The position numbers and the translations under genes are program-made. From Macrostomum lignano (lineage: Eukaryota), in NCBI GenBank assembly GCA_002269645.1, contig NIVC01000274.1, forward strand, positions 62,001 through 126,000: a DNA stretch of 64,000 nt, in the 5' to 3' direction. Shown one piece after another: positions 30,436-42,280 of this stretch; position 1 is the stretch's first letter, and every line of letters starts with the position of its first letter. Under the pieces are notes generated by a model. The model was given only the letters and a program-made list of their open reading frames with translations. It searched no databases and was not told the origin of the DNA.

Positions 30436-30984
30436 GTGTTGCATCCCAGGCAAAAAATTCAAAATACAATATGAGCTGTCTATTGGCCTCCCAATGGGGA
30501 GGTTGTTTTATTCAAGTTTCCAGTCCACAGGTGCTATGTCTAGAAGTCCATGGCTGGGCACAGGCCCAGACTATCTCTATAGTAGCTAGGTAGCTATTGC
30601 TTCAGTTTTACACTTCACTTTGGCCACTTCAACAGAATTGCCTCCTGCCAACCCAAAGCTGCAAAATATTTAAATATGTATTTAAATGCATCTGCAACTG
30701 AGGCTTCTAAGAGTTTGCCGAGTTTGGAGTCAACGATCGATTCAAACTGAGGAACGTATTGATTGGTACTTTGCTTAATGCAACTTTTGAGTATACTGCT
30801 CTAAAGTTTTGAAAAGTTACTACAGCATAAGGCCTCTTTTGACGTTTTGATTTGATAGATTGTTACGTGAACTTTTAAGCGTACGAGCATTAAATAAATA
30901 TTTTTTTAGAAAACTTTTGATCTGGAGTAGTTAAAACGTATTTTTAACTACTCAATAAGTAGTATGTAGCAAATAGCAAATAGT

Positions 30985-31190
30985 AAAGAGCTACTAAATC
31001 CCAGCTCATGGGAGTCATAGCCATTAAATTCCAGCTCATAGCTAAAAATGCCAGCTCATAGCTACTAAATGCCAGCTCATAGCTACTAAATGCCAGCTCA
31101 TAGCTACTAAATGCCAGCCCATAGCTACTAAATCCCAGCTCATAGCTACTAAATGCCAGCTCATAGCTACTAAATCCCAGCCCATAGCTT
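30985..31190. repeat. 21-bp minisatellite AGCTCATAGCTACTAAATGCC
   Basis: About 9 copies. Confidence 0.88.
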
Positions 31191-31213
31191 CAGGAACAAA
31201 TCACCAAGAACCC

Positions 31214-31403
31214 TCACCACTCAGCGGCTGCAGGATACTCAGCAGCCTCAAACTCAGCCACAGGTAGCGCCGCGGACACCATAGCAACGGCATAGCAATC
31301 GCTCGAACTTGCCGGACTGTCGCCAAGCAGCAGATGGCGAGTCAGGCTGGCCGCCAACTCTGCGCTGGAAAATTCCGGCTTGTAGAAGTCCATGCTGGGC
31401 CGC
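31214..31403 (-). other. putative exon (RPSMDFYKPEFSSAELAASLTRHLLLGD...AAAEW), possibly exon 2 of the SILK/RVxF gene or a 5' exon of the FAM217-like gene
   Basis: GC-rich open frame. Acceptor catcatag|g is phase 2, matching the ag|gtgatt donor at 33371. Possible donor tg|gtgagg at 31218. X-box-like GACACCATAGCAAC at 31275-31288. Confidence 0.35.
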
Positions 31404-31746
31404 CTATGATGCTTCACAAAAGCAGACACAGGCAGCGCATCTCGGGCCTACTTTTGAAATCTTCATAGAAAACGCTACTTATATTAATAGCAAAAGGTGC
31501 ATGACATTATGAGCACAGCTAAGTGCTGGGTTTTTGTGTATATAAAGAGGGTAAGAACAGACAGTCCACTGCCAGTACAGCTCAATGCAGCTGGGTGACA
31601 GAAAACAGTACTTGCACATTTCGGAGCCCTACTCTGCGTTTTGCTCTGCTGTCCATTGTAAACTCGATTTCACCCCACTCTGAGCTGCCATAAGTAAAGA
31701 AGAGCTGCCTGAGATAGGGGTATGGAGAGATAGAAAGATGCTGTGA

Positions 31747-32223
<477 letters not shown>

Positions 32224-32574
32224 AAGATAGCCAGATAAAAAGTTGAATAGCTAGATAAATTACACTCTTAGACTAATGTTTCATTGAAAGTGAAAAGTGT
32301 AAAGTACGCAAATAAATATTGTATTTCCAGAAGCATTTAGCAGTAAAAAGCTGGCATCGCTACTGACAAGTAGACAAGCAAAGATACGCGTTCAAAAGTT
32401 AGCCGTATTTGAACTTATATTTTAGACGGCAAACGGATAATAAAATCTGTACATTATGGAAGCAAGAGGTAAATAAAAAATATCATGTGCTTCTACTGGT
32501 CAGGTAATCTACTGTAAAATGATAGATTTTTTGTTACAGAATATTGCTGGTTATATGATTTGTATAGGCTTGTC

Positions 32575-33190
32575 TCATTTGTATCATTTGTGTCAGCTTA
32601 AGTCAAATTTAAGTGTATTTTGTGTTAGATTGTGTCATGAGTTGTGTCAGTTATGACAGGGGGAATCGTGAAATTTGTGTCATATTGTGCCCTTTGTGTC
32701 AGTAATTGGGACAATTGTGTCAGCCTGTGTCAAGATTGTGTCAGCTTGTTTCAGTTTGTGTCAGTTAGTATCAGATTGTGTCAGTTTGTATCAGATTGTG
32801 TCAGATTTTGTCAGATTTTGTCAAATTGTGTCAGTTTAATTGTGTCAGTTTGTATCAGCTTAAGTCAGCTTGTTTCAGCTTGTGAATTTTGTCATCTAGT
32901 ATCAGATGCATCATTTGTGTCAGTTTTTGTTCCGATTGTCAGATTTTGTCAGCTTATGTTTTTAGTGTCATTTGTGCCAGATTGTATAACTTTTGTGAGA
33001 TTGTGTATTAGTTTGTTTAACTTGTGTCAGTTTGTGTCAGTTTGTGTCAGCTTGTGTCAGATTGTGTCAGATTATGTCAGCTTGTATCAGCTTAAGTCAG
33101 CTTGTGTCAGCTTGTTTCAGTTTGTGTCAGCTTGTGTCAGATTGTGTCAGCTTGCATCAGCTTGTGTCAGCTTGTGACAGCTTGTGTCAG
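32575..33190. repeat. 10-bp degenerate minisatellite TTGTGTCAGC
   Basis: Progressively more regular toward 33190. Confidence 0.85.
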
Positions 33191-33366
33191 GGCCAGTCAC
33201 AGTATCGTGCAAGCCCTCGAACTGCCAGTCTTTGAAGCCTCCTCGCGCCCGTTGCTCTTGCGCGGGCTGCCACTGTGGTACCTGAGAAGAGAAAATTGTC
33301 CAATTATTCTTTGCTCAGGTGCTAAAAATTTCACAAGCTAAAAATCAGCACAGTGGTGCTCAATAA

Positions 33367-34128
33367 TCACCTATCAGCTTCCCGATCTTCATCCGAATCG
33401 TCGGCCACCGCCTCGAACCGGCCCCGCTCCTTGGGTGCGCTCTGGCGCGGCCGTCTTGGAGTTGGCGCTGGTCGGAGATCGCGGCCTCCGCCGACGCCGC
33501 CGAACTCCTTGTAGAACACGGCCTCATTCTCGTCCTGGACAATGATTTCCGGAGGCGAAGTTGGCGGCTGACGCTGAACAGGTGGCTCTACAGAAGAAGC
33601 CGGGTCGTCGTCAATCACGAAGGTGGATTGCTGCGCCTGGCCTCGCTGATAGGCGACCGCGGCCGCGGCCACCTCCTCCGCGCTGATAGCGTCTCGAGTC
33701 TGTCGCCGATTGAGCCGCGGCGCCAGCTGGCTCGGCCCGGCTTCAATCGGCTGTCCTTCGTCCAGGCTGAACCGGACAGACTTCGGGCCGCCAGGCTGTT
33801 TGAGAATCGACACCGGCTGCTGCCGGGGCACCAGCTCCCCTGTTGGAGTCACCACGTAGCTGCCCAGCTGCTGCTGAGGCTGCTGCCGCTGCTGCTGCTG
33901 TTGCTGCTTCCTCGGCGTCCCGGCGGGCGATGAAGCTGCCGACCCGCTGGCTCTCTGGCGCCACCGGCTGATCACGGGATCGTTGTAGAAATGGTACTTG
34001 TCCAGCGAGCTGGCCGCAGGGCCGCTGACTGATGCGGCGCCGTCTGGAGCCTGGACTAGGACCACCTGCGGCTGCTGCTGCTGCTGTAGCTGTGCTGCAT
34101 AGTAGTGCTGAGGAATCTGGTAATCCAT
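33367..34128 (-). CDS. uncharacterised Q/P-rich protein with PP1-docking motifs (SILK + KSVRF), 253 aa; may continue by splicing
   Basis: ATG-initiated non-repetitive ORF with the GC-rich, poly-Q codon style of the other genes here. Contains VSILKQPGGPKSVRFSL. Confidence 0.72.
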   Translation of the reverse strand: MDYQIPQHYYAAQLQQQQQPQVVLVQAPDGAASVSGPAASSLDKYHFYNDPVISRWRQRASGSAASSPAGTPRKQQQQQQRQQPQQQLGSYVVTPTGELVPRQQPVSILKQPGGPKSVRFSLDEGQPIEAGPSQLAPRLNRRQTRDAISAEEVAAAAVAYQRGQAQQSTFVIDDDPASSVEPPVQRQPPTSPPEIIVQDENEAVFYKEFGGVGGGRDLRPAPTPRRPRQSAPKERGRFEAVADDSDEDREADR

Positions 34129-34714
34129 TCTGCTCGCCTCACCGGCTTGTTCTCACTGCACCTGTCTGCCTGAGCATTTCTATATAGGCTCGTATGCGTG
34201 TGCGCGTCTGTGTGCTGCTGCTTTTCCTGATTCTATCAAGCCGGCTTTTCTAAACCAACAGACATGTTGTTTGACGTCTGTTAAACTTCTCCCCCGCTCC
34301 CTCTCCATTGTGTGCACAAATCTTAACTTTCTCTCTGTCTACCGCATTAAGCTAGCGGCTATGTTGAGAAGCAGACTATTTTTTAGATGAAGAAATGAGC
34401 TCTCTTAGCCGTGTAGTTTTTTGAGTTGCTCGTCTCAAAAATCTCGCTTCTTTCTCATTGCTTCAAGTTAGTGGCTATTACTATTTGATGATGAGCGTGA
34501 GCCTGCGAACATGTCAGTCATTAATATAGTTATGGCGAGAGTTAGCTGGGTGCTCCATGTCCTCCATAGTTTTAATCTGTAAGAACAAAAGATTAAATTC
34601 CATTGAAACTTCAATTTTTTAAGAGCGTAAATTCAAAGTTTAGGGATACAGACAGGCTTTTAGTTAATTTTAATGTTTAGTGTGTCCAAAGTTGAGTTGA
34701 AAATTTGGATTCCT

Positions 34715-36065
34715 ATCCGTTGGAAGTTTATGTAGCTATCCATTGGAAGTTTGTGTAGCTATCCGTTGGAAATTTGTGTAGCTATCCATTGAAAGTTTAT
34801 CTAGCTATCCATTGGAAGTTTATCTAGCTATCCATTGGAAGTTTGTGTAGCTATCCATTGAAAGTTTATCTAGCTATCCATTGGAAGTTTATCTAGCTAT
34901 CCATTGGAAGTTTGTGTAGCTATCCATTGGAAGTTTGTGTAGCTATCCATTGGAAGTTTGTGTAGCTATCCATTGGAAGTTTGTGTAGCTATCCATTGGA
35001 AGTTTGTGTAGCTATCCATTGGAAGTTTGTGTAGCTATCCATTGAAAGTTTATCTAGCTATCCATTGGAAGTTTATCTAGCTATCCATTGGAAGTTTGTG
35101 TAGCTATCCATTGAAAGTTTATCTAGCTATCCATTGGAAGTTTATCTAGCTATCCATTGGAAGTTTATGTAGCTATCCATTGGAAGTTTGTGTAGCTATC
35201 CAATGGAAGTTTGTGTAGCTATCCAATGGAACTTTTTGTAGCTATGAATTGGAAGTTTGTGTAGCTATCCATTGGAAGTTTATGTAGCTATCCATTGGAA
35301 GTTTGTGTAGCTATCCAATGGAAGTTTGTGTAGCTATCCAATGGAACTTTTTGTAGCTATGAATTGGAAGTTTGTGTAGCTATCCATTGGAAGTTTGTGT
35401 AGCTATCCAATGGAAGTTTGTGTAGCTATCCATTGGAAGTTTGTGAAGCTATCCAATGGAAGTTTGTGTAGCTATCCATTGGAATTTTGTGTAGCTATCC
35501 AATGGAAGTTTGTGTAGCTATCCATTGGAAGTTTGTGTAGCTATCCACAGAGAGTTTATCTAGCTATCCCCTGAGAGTTTATCAAGCTATCCCCTGAGAG
35601 TTTATCTAGCTATCCACAGAGAGTTTGTCTATCTATCCACAGAGAGCTTATCTAGCTATCCCCTGAGAGTTTATCTAGCTATCCCCTGAGAGTTTATCTA
35701 GCTATCCCTTGAGAGTTTATCTAGCTATCCCCTGAGAGTTTATCTAGCTATCCACAGAGAGTTTATCTAGCTATCCACTGAGAGTTTATCTAGCTATCCC
35801 CTGAGAGTTTATCAAGCTATCCCCTGAGAGTTTATCAAGCTATCCCCTGATAGTTTATCTAGCTATCCCCTGAGAGTTTATCTAGCTATCCCCTGAGAGT
35901 TTATCTAGCTATCCCCTGAGAGCTTATCTAGCTATCCCCTGAGAGTTTATCAAGCTATCCCCTGAGAGTTTATCTAGCTATCCCCTGAGAGTTTATCAAG
36001 CTATCCCCTGAGAGTTTATCTAGCTATCCACTGGAAGATTATCGCTGACTATTGAAAGTTTCTAG
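34715..36065. repeat. 23-bp minisatellite TAGCTATCCATTGGAAGTTTGTG switching to TAGCTATCCCCTGAGAGTTTATC
   Basis: About 58 copies in two variant blocks. Confidence 0.94.
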
Positions 36066-36489
36066 CTATCATTAGAAATAATCAGGGAAATAATTAAACT
36101 TCCATACTGCAATTGTTTATCTTAGTTGAGGCATGCTAACTTCCATATAAGGTTAAAAGTTCGCTACTAGTGCTAAAATATTTATAAGGCAGTCAATTAT
36201 CGAGGGACTCTCAAGCCGCTAGTTACTGTTGAAGCTTTTGTGCGCCTTACTCCTTACACTTTAATGCACCCTATGGATATAAACTAATCAATTATCGATG
36301 ATAACACTTCACTTAAGCCGTGTTGGCTTACCCATTGAGGCGAGGAAAAACCGTCTATTCTAGAGACATGCACTGTTGTGACAATGGGGCGCTCAGGTTC
36401 CACTGGGCTGAGGCATGATGCAGAATTATGAGCAATTTTCCTAACATTTGGGGTCATTTGAAAATTCTAGTCTAATCTGAACAATAACT

Positions 36490-37022
36490 GGTCATCTGGT
36501 CATTATATTATGGTCATTACATTCTGGTCACTATATTCTGGTCACTACATTCTGGTCTTTGTATTCTGGTCAATGAGTTCTGATAATTGTATTCTGGTCA
36601 TTGTACGTGTATTCTGGTCATTGTACGTGTATTCTGGTCATTGTACGTGTATTCTGTTCATTGTTCTCTGGTCATTGTATTGTGGTCATTGTATTCTGGT
36701 CATGGTACTCTGTTCATTGTAATGTATTTTACTATGTTCATTGTACTCTGGTTATTGTGGTCATTGTACTCTGGCCATTAAACTCTGGTAATTGTATTCT
36801 GGTCATAGTATTCTGGTCATTGTATGCTGGTCATTGTATGCTGGTCATTGTACTCTGGTCATTGAACTCTGGTAATTATATTCTAGTAATTGTAAGCTGG
36901 TCATTGTATTCTGGTCATTGTATTCTGGTCATTGTATGATGGTCATTGTATTCTGGTCATAGTATTCTGGTCATAGTATTCTGTCCATAGTATTCTGGTC
37001 ATTGTATTCTGGTCATTGTATT
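36490..37022. repeat. degenerate minisatellite TGGTCATTGTATTC(T)
   Basis: Tandem ~14-19-bp units. Confidence 0.82.
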
Positions 37023-37597
37023 AATCAAAAGTGCGTAGGAAAAAGCCAGCTATAAAATGGATGGACTTGAAGCCGCAGACTCCGGAAAAGTTTAACCCGT
37101 GTTCCAATCAGCAGCTGACTGTTGCCGGATGAGCGCACACAATTCTAGCCATAAAAACGCGGGAATGCCACACAAGACCAAGTTCTGAGTGCGCAGAACC
37201 TCACATGTCGGCGGCATGCACTTCAGGCGTCCACGGTTTCGCTGCCGATTGTGCACCAAGTTTTCGGTGGCCACGCTGATGTGGCTGACGCTTGTCTCGG
37301 CTTGCCGTCTGTTGCTTCTGCCGCCAAAGGCGGAGAAGACGCCCGCTGCGGTAACGCCGCTGATGCTCACGACGAAGCTGACGACGACTTCTTGGCCGAC
37401 GCCGATGACGACAGTGTCGAAGAAGACAGCGACAACGAAAGGATCAGCGCCTGCGCGAACAACTGACGGCGGCGACCGACGATGGAGATGGCGGAGGCGG
37501 CGGCCGCGACCGCCGTTGCTTGAAAAGTCTTCTGAAATCGGACTGACTGGCGTCAATAGTGGGGTTTATTGGGTTGTCGTGTGATGGTGCGCCTAGA

Positions 37598-38175
37598 GAC
37601 AGAGATTGGGTATCTAGAGACAGAGATTGTGTATCTAGTGACAGAGATTGTGTATCTAGTGACAGAGATTGTGTATCTAGTGACAGAGATCGGCTGTCTA
37701 GAGACAGAGATTGGGTATCTAGAGACAGAGATTAGGCATCTAGAGACAGATATTGGATATCTAGAAACAGATTGGATATATAATGACAGAGATTGGGAAT
37801 ATAGAGACAGAGACAGAGTATCTAGGGACAGAGATTGGATTTCTAGTGATATTGGATTGGATGTCTAGTGACAGAGATTCGAAATCTAGTGACAGAGATC
37901 GTGTGTCTAGCGACAGAGATTGGGCATCTAGCGACAGAGATTGGCTATCTAGAGACAGAGATTGGATATCTAGAGCCAGAAATTGGACATCTAGGCACAG
38001 AGATAAGATATCTAGAGTCAGAGATAGGATATCTAGAGTCAGAGATAGGATATCTAGAGTCAGAGATAGGATATCTAGAGTCAGAGATAGGATATCTAGA
38101 GTCAGAGATAGGATATCTAGAGTCAGAGATAGGATATCTAGAGTCAGAGATAGGATATCTAGAGTCAGAGATTGA
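37598..38175. repeat. 21-bp minisatellite TAGAGACAGAGATTGGGTATC
   Basis: About 27 copies; the ETEIGYL ORF is an artefact. Confidence 0.9.
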
Positions 38176-38562
38176 GCAGCTAAATAAGTTATGAACGAAT
38201 TCTAAATCAAATAAGCTCAATCCTAACTAATGATAAGCTAATGTTTGAAAATAAGTTTGACAGCACATCGTCATATAAATCATACATATGGATTGGGGAC
38301 ACACTCGACATTGTTTCTTTTAATTGTCATCATCGATTTGATAACTTTTTTAATGCTCATGTACTCATCATTAATATGCTCAGACTGTATAAAATAGAAA
38401 AAGGTACACATATTCCTTGCATGCAATATTTCTTGTCATGCCAATCGGTTCATTGCATGCTGTTTCTTATTACAATACACATATATACGGTCAATATATC
38501 GTAGTCATTTCACGTCTGTTCATTTCATTTTACGAGCTCGTAATCAAAACAGTTTGTTCACG

Positions 38563-38796
38563 CTAATACACAGTTTTCCGGAATTTGTTCCGCCGGCCGG
38601 ACCTGTTCACCGTGGCCAGCAGTCGTCGGTCGGCCTCCCCAGTTTTGAAGCGTCTATCCGTCCCAGGCGCCTTTTTTGCCCAAGCGCCGCCGCTGAAGTC
38701 ACCCCAAGGCGAACTTTTCGATCTGGGCGTCCCGGGCAGGAGGTGGCCTCGCGAGTCCGCTATAGGCCTACTGCCGCCGGACCTGGCAGCCGGCAT
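38563..38796 (-). CDS. CFAP126: Flattop / cilia- and flagella-associated protein 126, exon 3 (MPAARSGGSRPIADSRGHLLPGTPRSKSSPWGDFSGGAW...)
   Basis: Acceptor ccaaag|atg (phase 0). IADSRGHLLPGTPRSKSSPWGDF matches the Flattop hallmark IANDRGHLLPSVPRSKASPWGSF. The 3' end could splice onward via internal donor-like sites. Confidence 0.85.
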   Translation of the reverse strand: MPAARSGGSRPIADSRGHLLPGTPRSKSSPWGDFSGGAWAKKAPGTDRRFKTGEADRRLLATVNRSGRRNKFRKTVY

Positions 38797-38883
38797 CTTT
38801 GGATGGAAAAATATTCCGGGTTTGATTATAACGTAAATTATCGAAATCCGTGAAATCTGTAAAACAGGCGCATTGTTAACTAC

Positions 38884-38940
38884 CTTTGGTGGAGGCTTTG
38901 TCAGTATAGGCCTGTACCTTGGCTGATAGGCGTGTTCGTA
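38884..38940 (-). CDS. CFAP126: Flattop/CFAP126 exon 2 (YEHAYQPRYRPILTKPPPK)
   Basis: Acceptor ttttag|tac, donor aag|gtagtt, 57 nt, phase 0/0. Corresponds to YEKAF...TKPTK. Confidence 0.85.
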
Positions 38941-39031
38941 CTAAAATTTTTCGAGATTAAAGTCTCCAAAATCAAAAGTTAAATAGAAAATTATTTTCTA
39001 ATAGAAGATTTAAGTAGGTATTTTGATTTAC

Positions 39032-39058
39032 CTGATTAGCTGAATAGTTGGCTGCCAT
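39032..39058 (-). CDS. CFAP126: Flattop/CFAP126 exon 1 (MAANYSANQ)
   Basis: ATG...CAG|gtaaat. Nearly identical to the remembered vertebrate Flattop N-terminus MATNYSANQ. Confidence 0.88.
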
Positions 39059-39442
39059 TCTCGTTGCAGCACTCTGCTTCTTAATACAAAACGTTCACGT
39101 ACTGCACTGTACTCATTTGCAAAGCAAACGCACGGCGAACTAAAGAGCAGACTGACTTTACATTTTAAAGCTAAGATGATTTTTTTTCCTTTAAAGAAAA
39201 GTCAATTAACTGCATTTAACTGGTTACCATAGAAACTGTCGTCATTTTTTGTTTTACTTTGTATTTTGTTTAAACGGTAGCGTGAAAAGAAATAGGCACT
39301 GATTTAAAATCTGAGGCATGAAATTGTTTGCCGATTTAAGCTTATCTGGCGATTGCAATGACAGTGCTCTTTGAGCCACACAATCTTTGATTCATATTCT
39401 ATGAATAGCTGTAACATACGCTGCGGCAGAAAAACATTCTCC
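39059..39442. promoter_or_regulatory. short divergent (bidirectional) promoter region between CFAP126 and the syndecan-like gene
   Basis: The start codons point away from each other, 384 bp apart. Confidence 0.65.
39223..39236. promoter_or_regulatory. RFX X-box GTTACCATAGAAAC
   Basis: Exact fit to the RTHNYYWTRRNRAC / GTTRCCATRGNAAC consensus, ~165 bp upstream of the ATG of a ciliary gene. Confidence 0.75.
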
Positions 39443-39535
39443 ATGACCCGCTTGCGTGTTTTATTTCAAGTATTTTTATATTCGTGTGCACTGATTGTTC
39501 AGCCAGTGTCCGCTGCGCTCTACAATAGACGATTG
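39443..39535 (+). CDS. SDC: syndecan-like proteoglycan exon 1: signal peptide (MTRLRVLFQVFLYSCALIVQPVSAALYNRRL)
   Basis: Basic n-region, hydrophobic core, VSA-A cleavage site. Donor ttg|gtaagc, phase 0. Confidence 0.8.
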
Positions 39536-39817
39536 GTAAGCTATTTGATATTACAACCAAATTTGAAAATGCCGAAAAATAGTAACATATTTTTTCCGAT
39601 CATTTTAACTTTATGTCGTATGCATTATACTATTATTATATATTTAAACTCAAAAGTCTATAAATTTATTTTTGCGCCTATTATTTCTGGAACTCAAATA
39701 AAAGTAAGAATCTTATAAAACAAAAAATTTCACTAGTAAATTTTATATGATTTATAAATACTTTAATGGCTATACTTGATTTTGAAATTATTTACTAAGT
39801 ATTAATGGACACTAATG

Positions 39818-39970
39818 TTTCTCACTGAAATGTTTCTCACTGAAATGTTTCTCACTGAAATGTTTCTCACTGAAATGTTTCTCACTGAAATGTTTTTCAC
39901 TGAAATGTTTCTCACTGAAATGTTTCTCACTGTTTGTGTTATGTCTCAATGTTTCTCAAATGTTTCTCAC
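39818..39970. repeat. 15-bp minisatellite CTCACTGAAATGTTT
   Basis: About 8-9 copies. Confidence 0.88.
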
Positions 39971-40190
39971 GGCGGCTTGTACTAGTAGAAAAATTAATGT
40001 GAAATCTAACAATTAATTTCATCATTGATTTTTTGGGATATAAGCAGTAATAGAAATGCTTTGAAAATTAAATTTACCTTGATATCAACACAAGATTATT
40101 AAGAGAAATGCAAAAAGTTGCTGTACCGTTGTAGCAGTGCAAAAAGAAAGAAATTTAACCCAAATGCTTTAATGAAAAACCGACATTCAG

Positions 40191-40395
40191 ACCGGCAGCG
40201 GCTCCGGCGCTGGCTCGATGGGCGACGACGAAGGCAGCGGCTGGGGCAGCGGAGACTCCGCAGCGTCTGGCCAGAGAAGGCCATCGGAGAAGTCTGGCGA
40301 CCCGAATCAGCAAAACTCCAGCGCGAGACAGCTGGACCTGCCCGTCCTGACCGACCGTTCGGCAACCGAGGAGTGGAACTCTGACGGCAGCACTT
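40191..40395 (+). CDS. SDC: syndecan-like exon 2: Ser-Gly glycosaminoglycan attachment region ([23 protein letters not shown]...)
   Basis: Acceptor attcag|acc (phase 0), donor t|gtgagc (phase 1). Clustered SG dipeptides flanked by acidic residues and a Trp. Confidence 0.8.
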
Positions 40396-40420
40396 GTGAG
40401 CTCTTCTGGGACAGGCACTA

Positions 40421-40697
<277 letters not shown>

Positions 40698-41379
40698 GGC
40701 AGGCAGTAGGCGGCAGTCAGCCTCACACTGCTCATCGATCCGATGAAGCTCCTCAGCATCACGCCGGAAGCTTCAGGTCTCCTCAATTCGTAGTGAAAAG
40801 AATGACAGAGAAACAAAAAATTCACACTTACGATTTCATCTCTCTTTGTTCTTGCCGCAAATTTCCCTGACATCCGGAATGGAATGATCTCGTGGTTGAG
40901 GCCTGGATTCACAGCCATCGAATTCATCGCAGTGCTATCGATCGAGCCTGACAAACAGAATTCTTGCTACTAAAAGAGATATCCAGCGTGGCCAAGAAAA
41001 AAGCTGTTTTGGGTAGATCCTGTGGAAGGTGATGAAGCTGGCAGCTGAGTTGACCCCCCCCCCCGGCTGATTTGGGAGGTGTTGGCCTGCAGCTCCTGTC
41101 GCTGGCTCCATTTTAAGCTTTAACTGGCATAAAAATTTTTTTTCTCATAGCTATTTTCATATCGCTCATTAAGCTCAGGTGCGGGTAGGTGCTGCTGCAT
41201 CAATTAGAGCTCAGGCTCAATGTATGCCAAGCGTTAAGTGGATATTTCTGGTTAAACTGGTCATTTTTTGCTGATTGTTGCACCGGTGCTGCTTTTAGGA
41301 GAGGCGGAGTGCTGAACCACATTCTATGTGGCAGTTTTATTATTAAATTCCACTTGGGTTCCACCTTCCTTATGATCCT

Positions 41380-42280
41380 TAGTTGCTGGGCCACTGCCAA
41401 CCTCTCAGATCCCGAATTTCTGGGCCAGCCTCCCAGCTGCTCAGTTGCTGTGCTAGCCTCCCAGATCCTTAGTTGCTGGGCCAGCCTCCCAGATCCTCAG
41501 TTGCTGGGCCAGCCTCCCAGATCCTCAGTTGCTGGGCCAGCCTCCCAGATCCTCAGTTGCTGGGCCAGCCTCCCAGATCCTCAGTTGCTGGGCCAGCCTC
41601 CCAGATCTTCAGTTGCTGGGCCAGCCTCTCAGATCTTCAGTTGCTGGGCCAGCCTCCCAGATCCTCAGCTGCTGGGCCAGCCTCCCAGATCCTCAGTTGC
41701 TGGGCCAGCCTCCCAGAGTGTCAGTTGCTGGGCCAGCCTCCCAGATCCTCAGTTGCTGGGCCAGCCTCCCAGATCCTCAGTTCCTGGGCCAGCCTCCCAG
41801 ATCCTCAGTTGCTGGGCCAGCCTCCCAGATCCTCAGTTGCTGGGCCAGCCTCCCAGATCCTCAGTTGCTGGGCCAGCCTCCCAGATCCTCAGTTGCTGGG
41901 CCAGCCTCTCAGATCCTCAGTTGCTGGGCCAGCCTCCCAGATCCTCAGTTGCTGGGCCAGCCTCCCAGATCCTCAGTTGCTGGGCCAGCCTCCCAGATCC
42001 TCAGTTGCTGGGCCAGCCTCCCAGATCCTCAGCTGCTGGGCCAGCCTCCCAGATCCTCAGTTGCTGGGCCAGCCTCCCAGATCCTCAGTTGCTGGGCCAG
42101 CCTCCCAGATCCTCAGTTGCTGGGCCAGCCTCCCAGATCCTCAGTTGCTGGGCCAGCCTCCCAGAGTGTCAGTTGCTGGGCCAGCCTCCCAGATCCTCAG
42201 TTGCTGGGCCAGCCTCCCAGATCCTTAGTTGCTGGGCCAGCCTCCCAGATCCTCAGTTGCTGGGCCAGCCTCCCAGATCT
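41380..42280. repeat. 28-bp minisatellite GATCCTCAGTTGCTGGGCCAGCCTCCCA
   Basis: About 31 copies; three-frame ORFs are artefacts. Confidence 0.95.
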
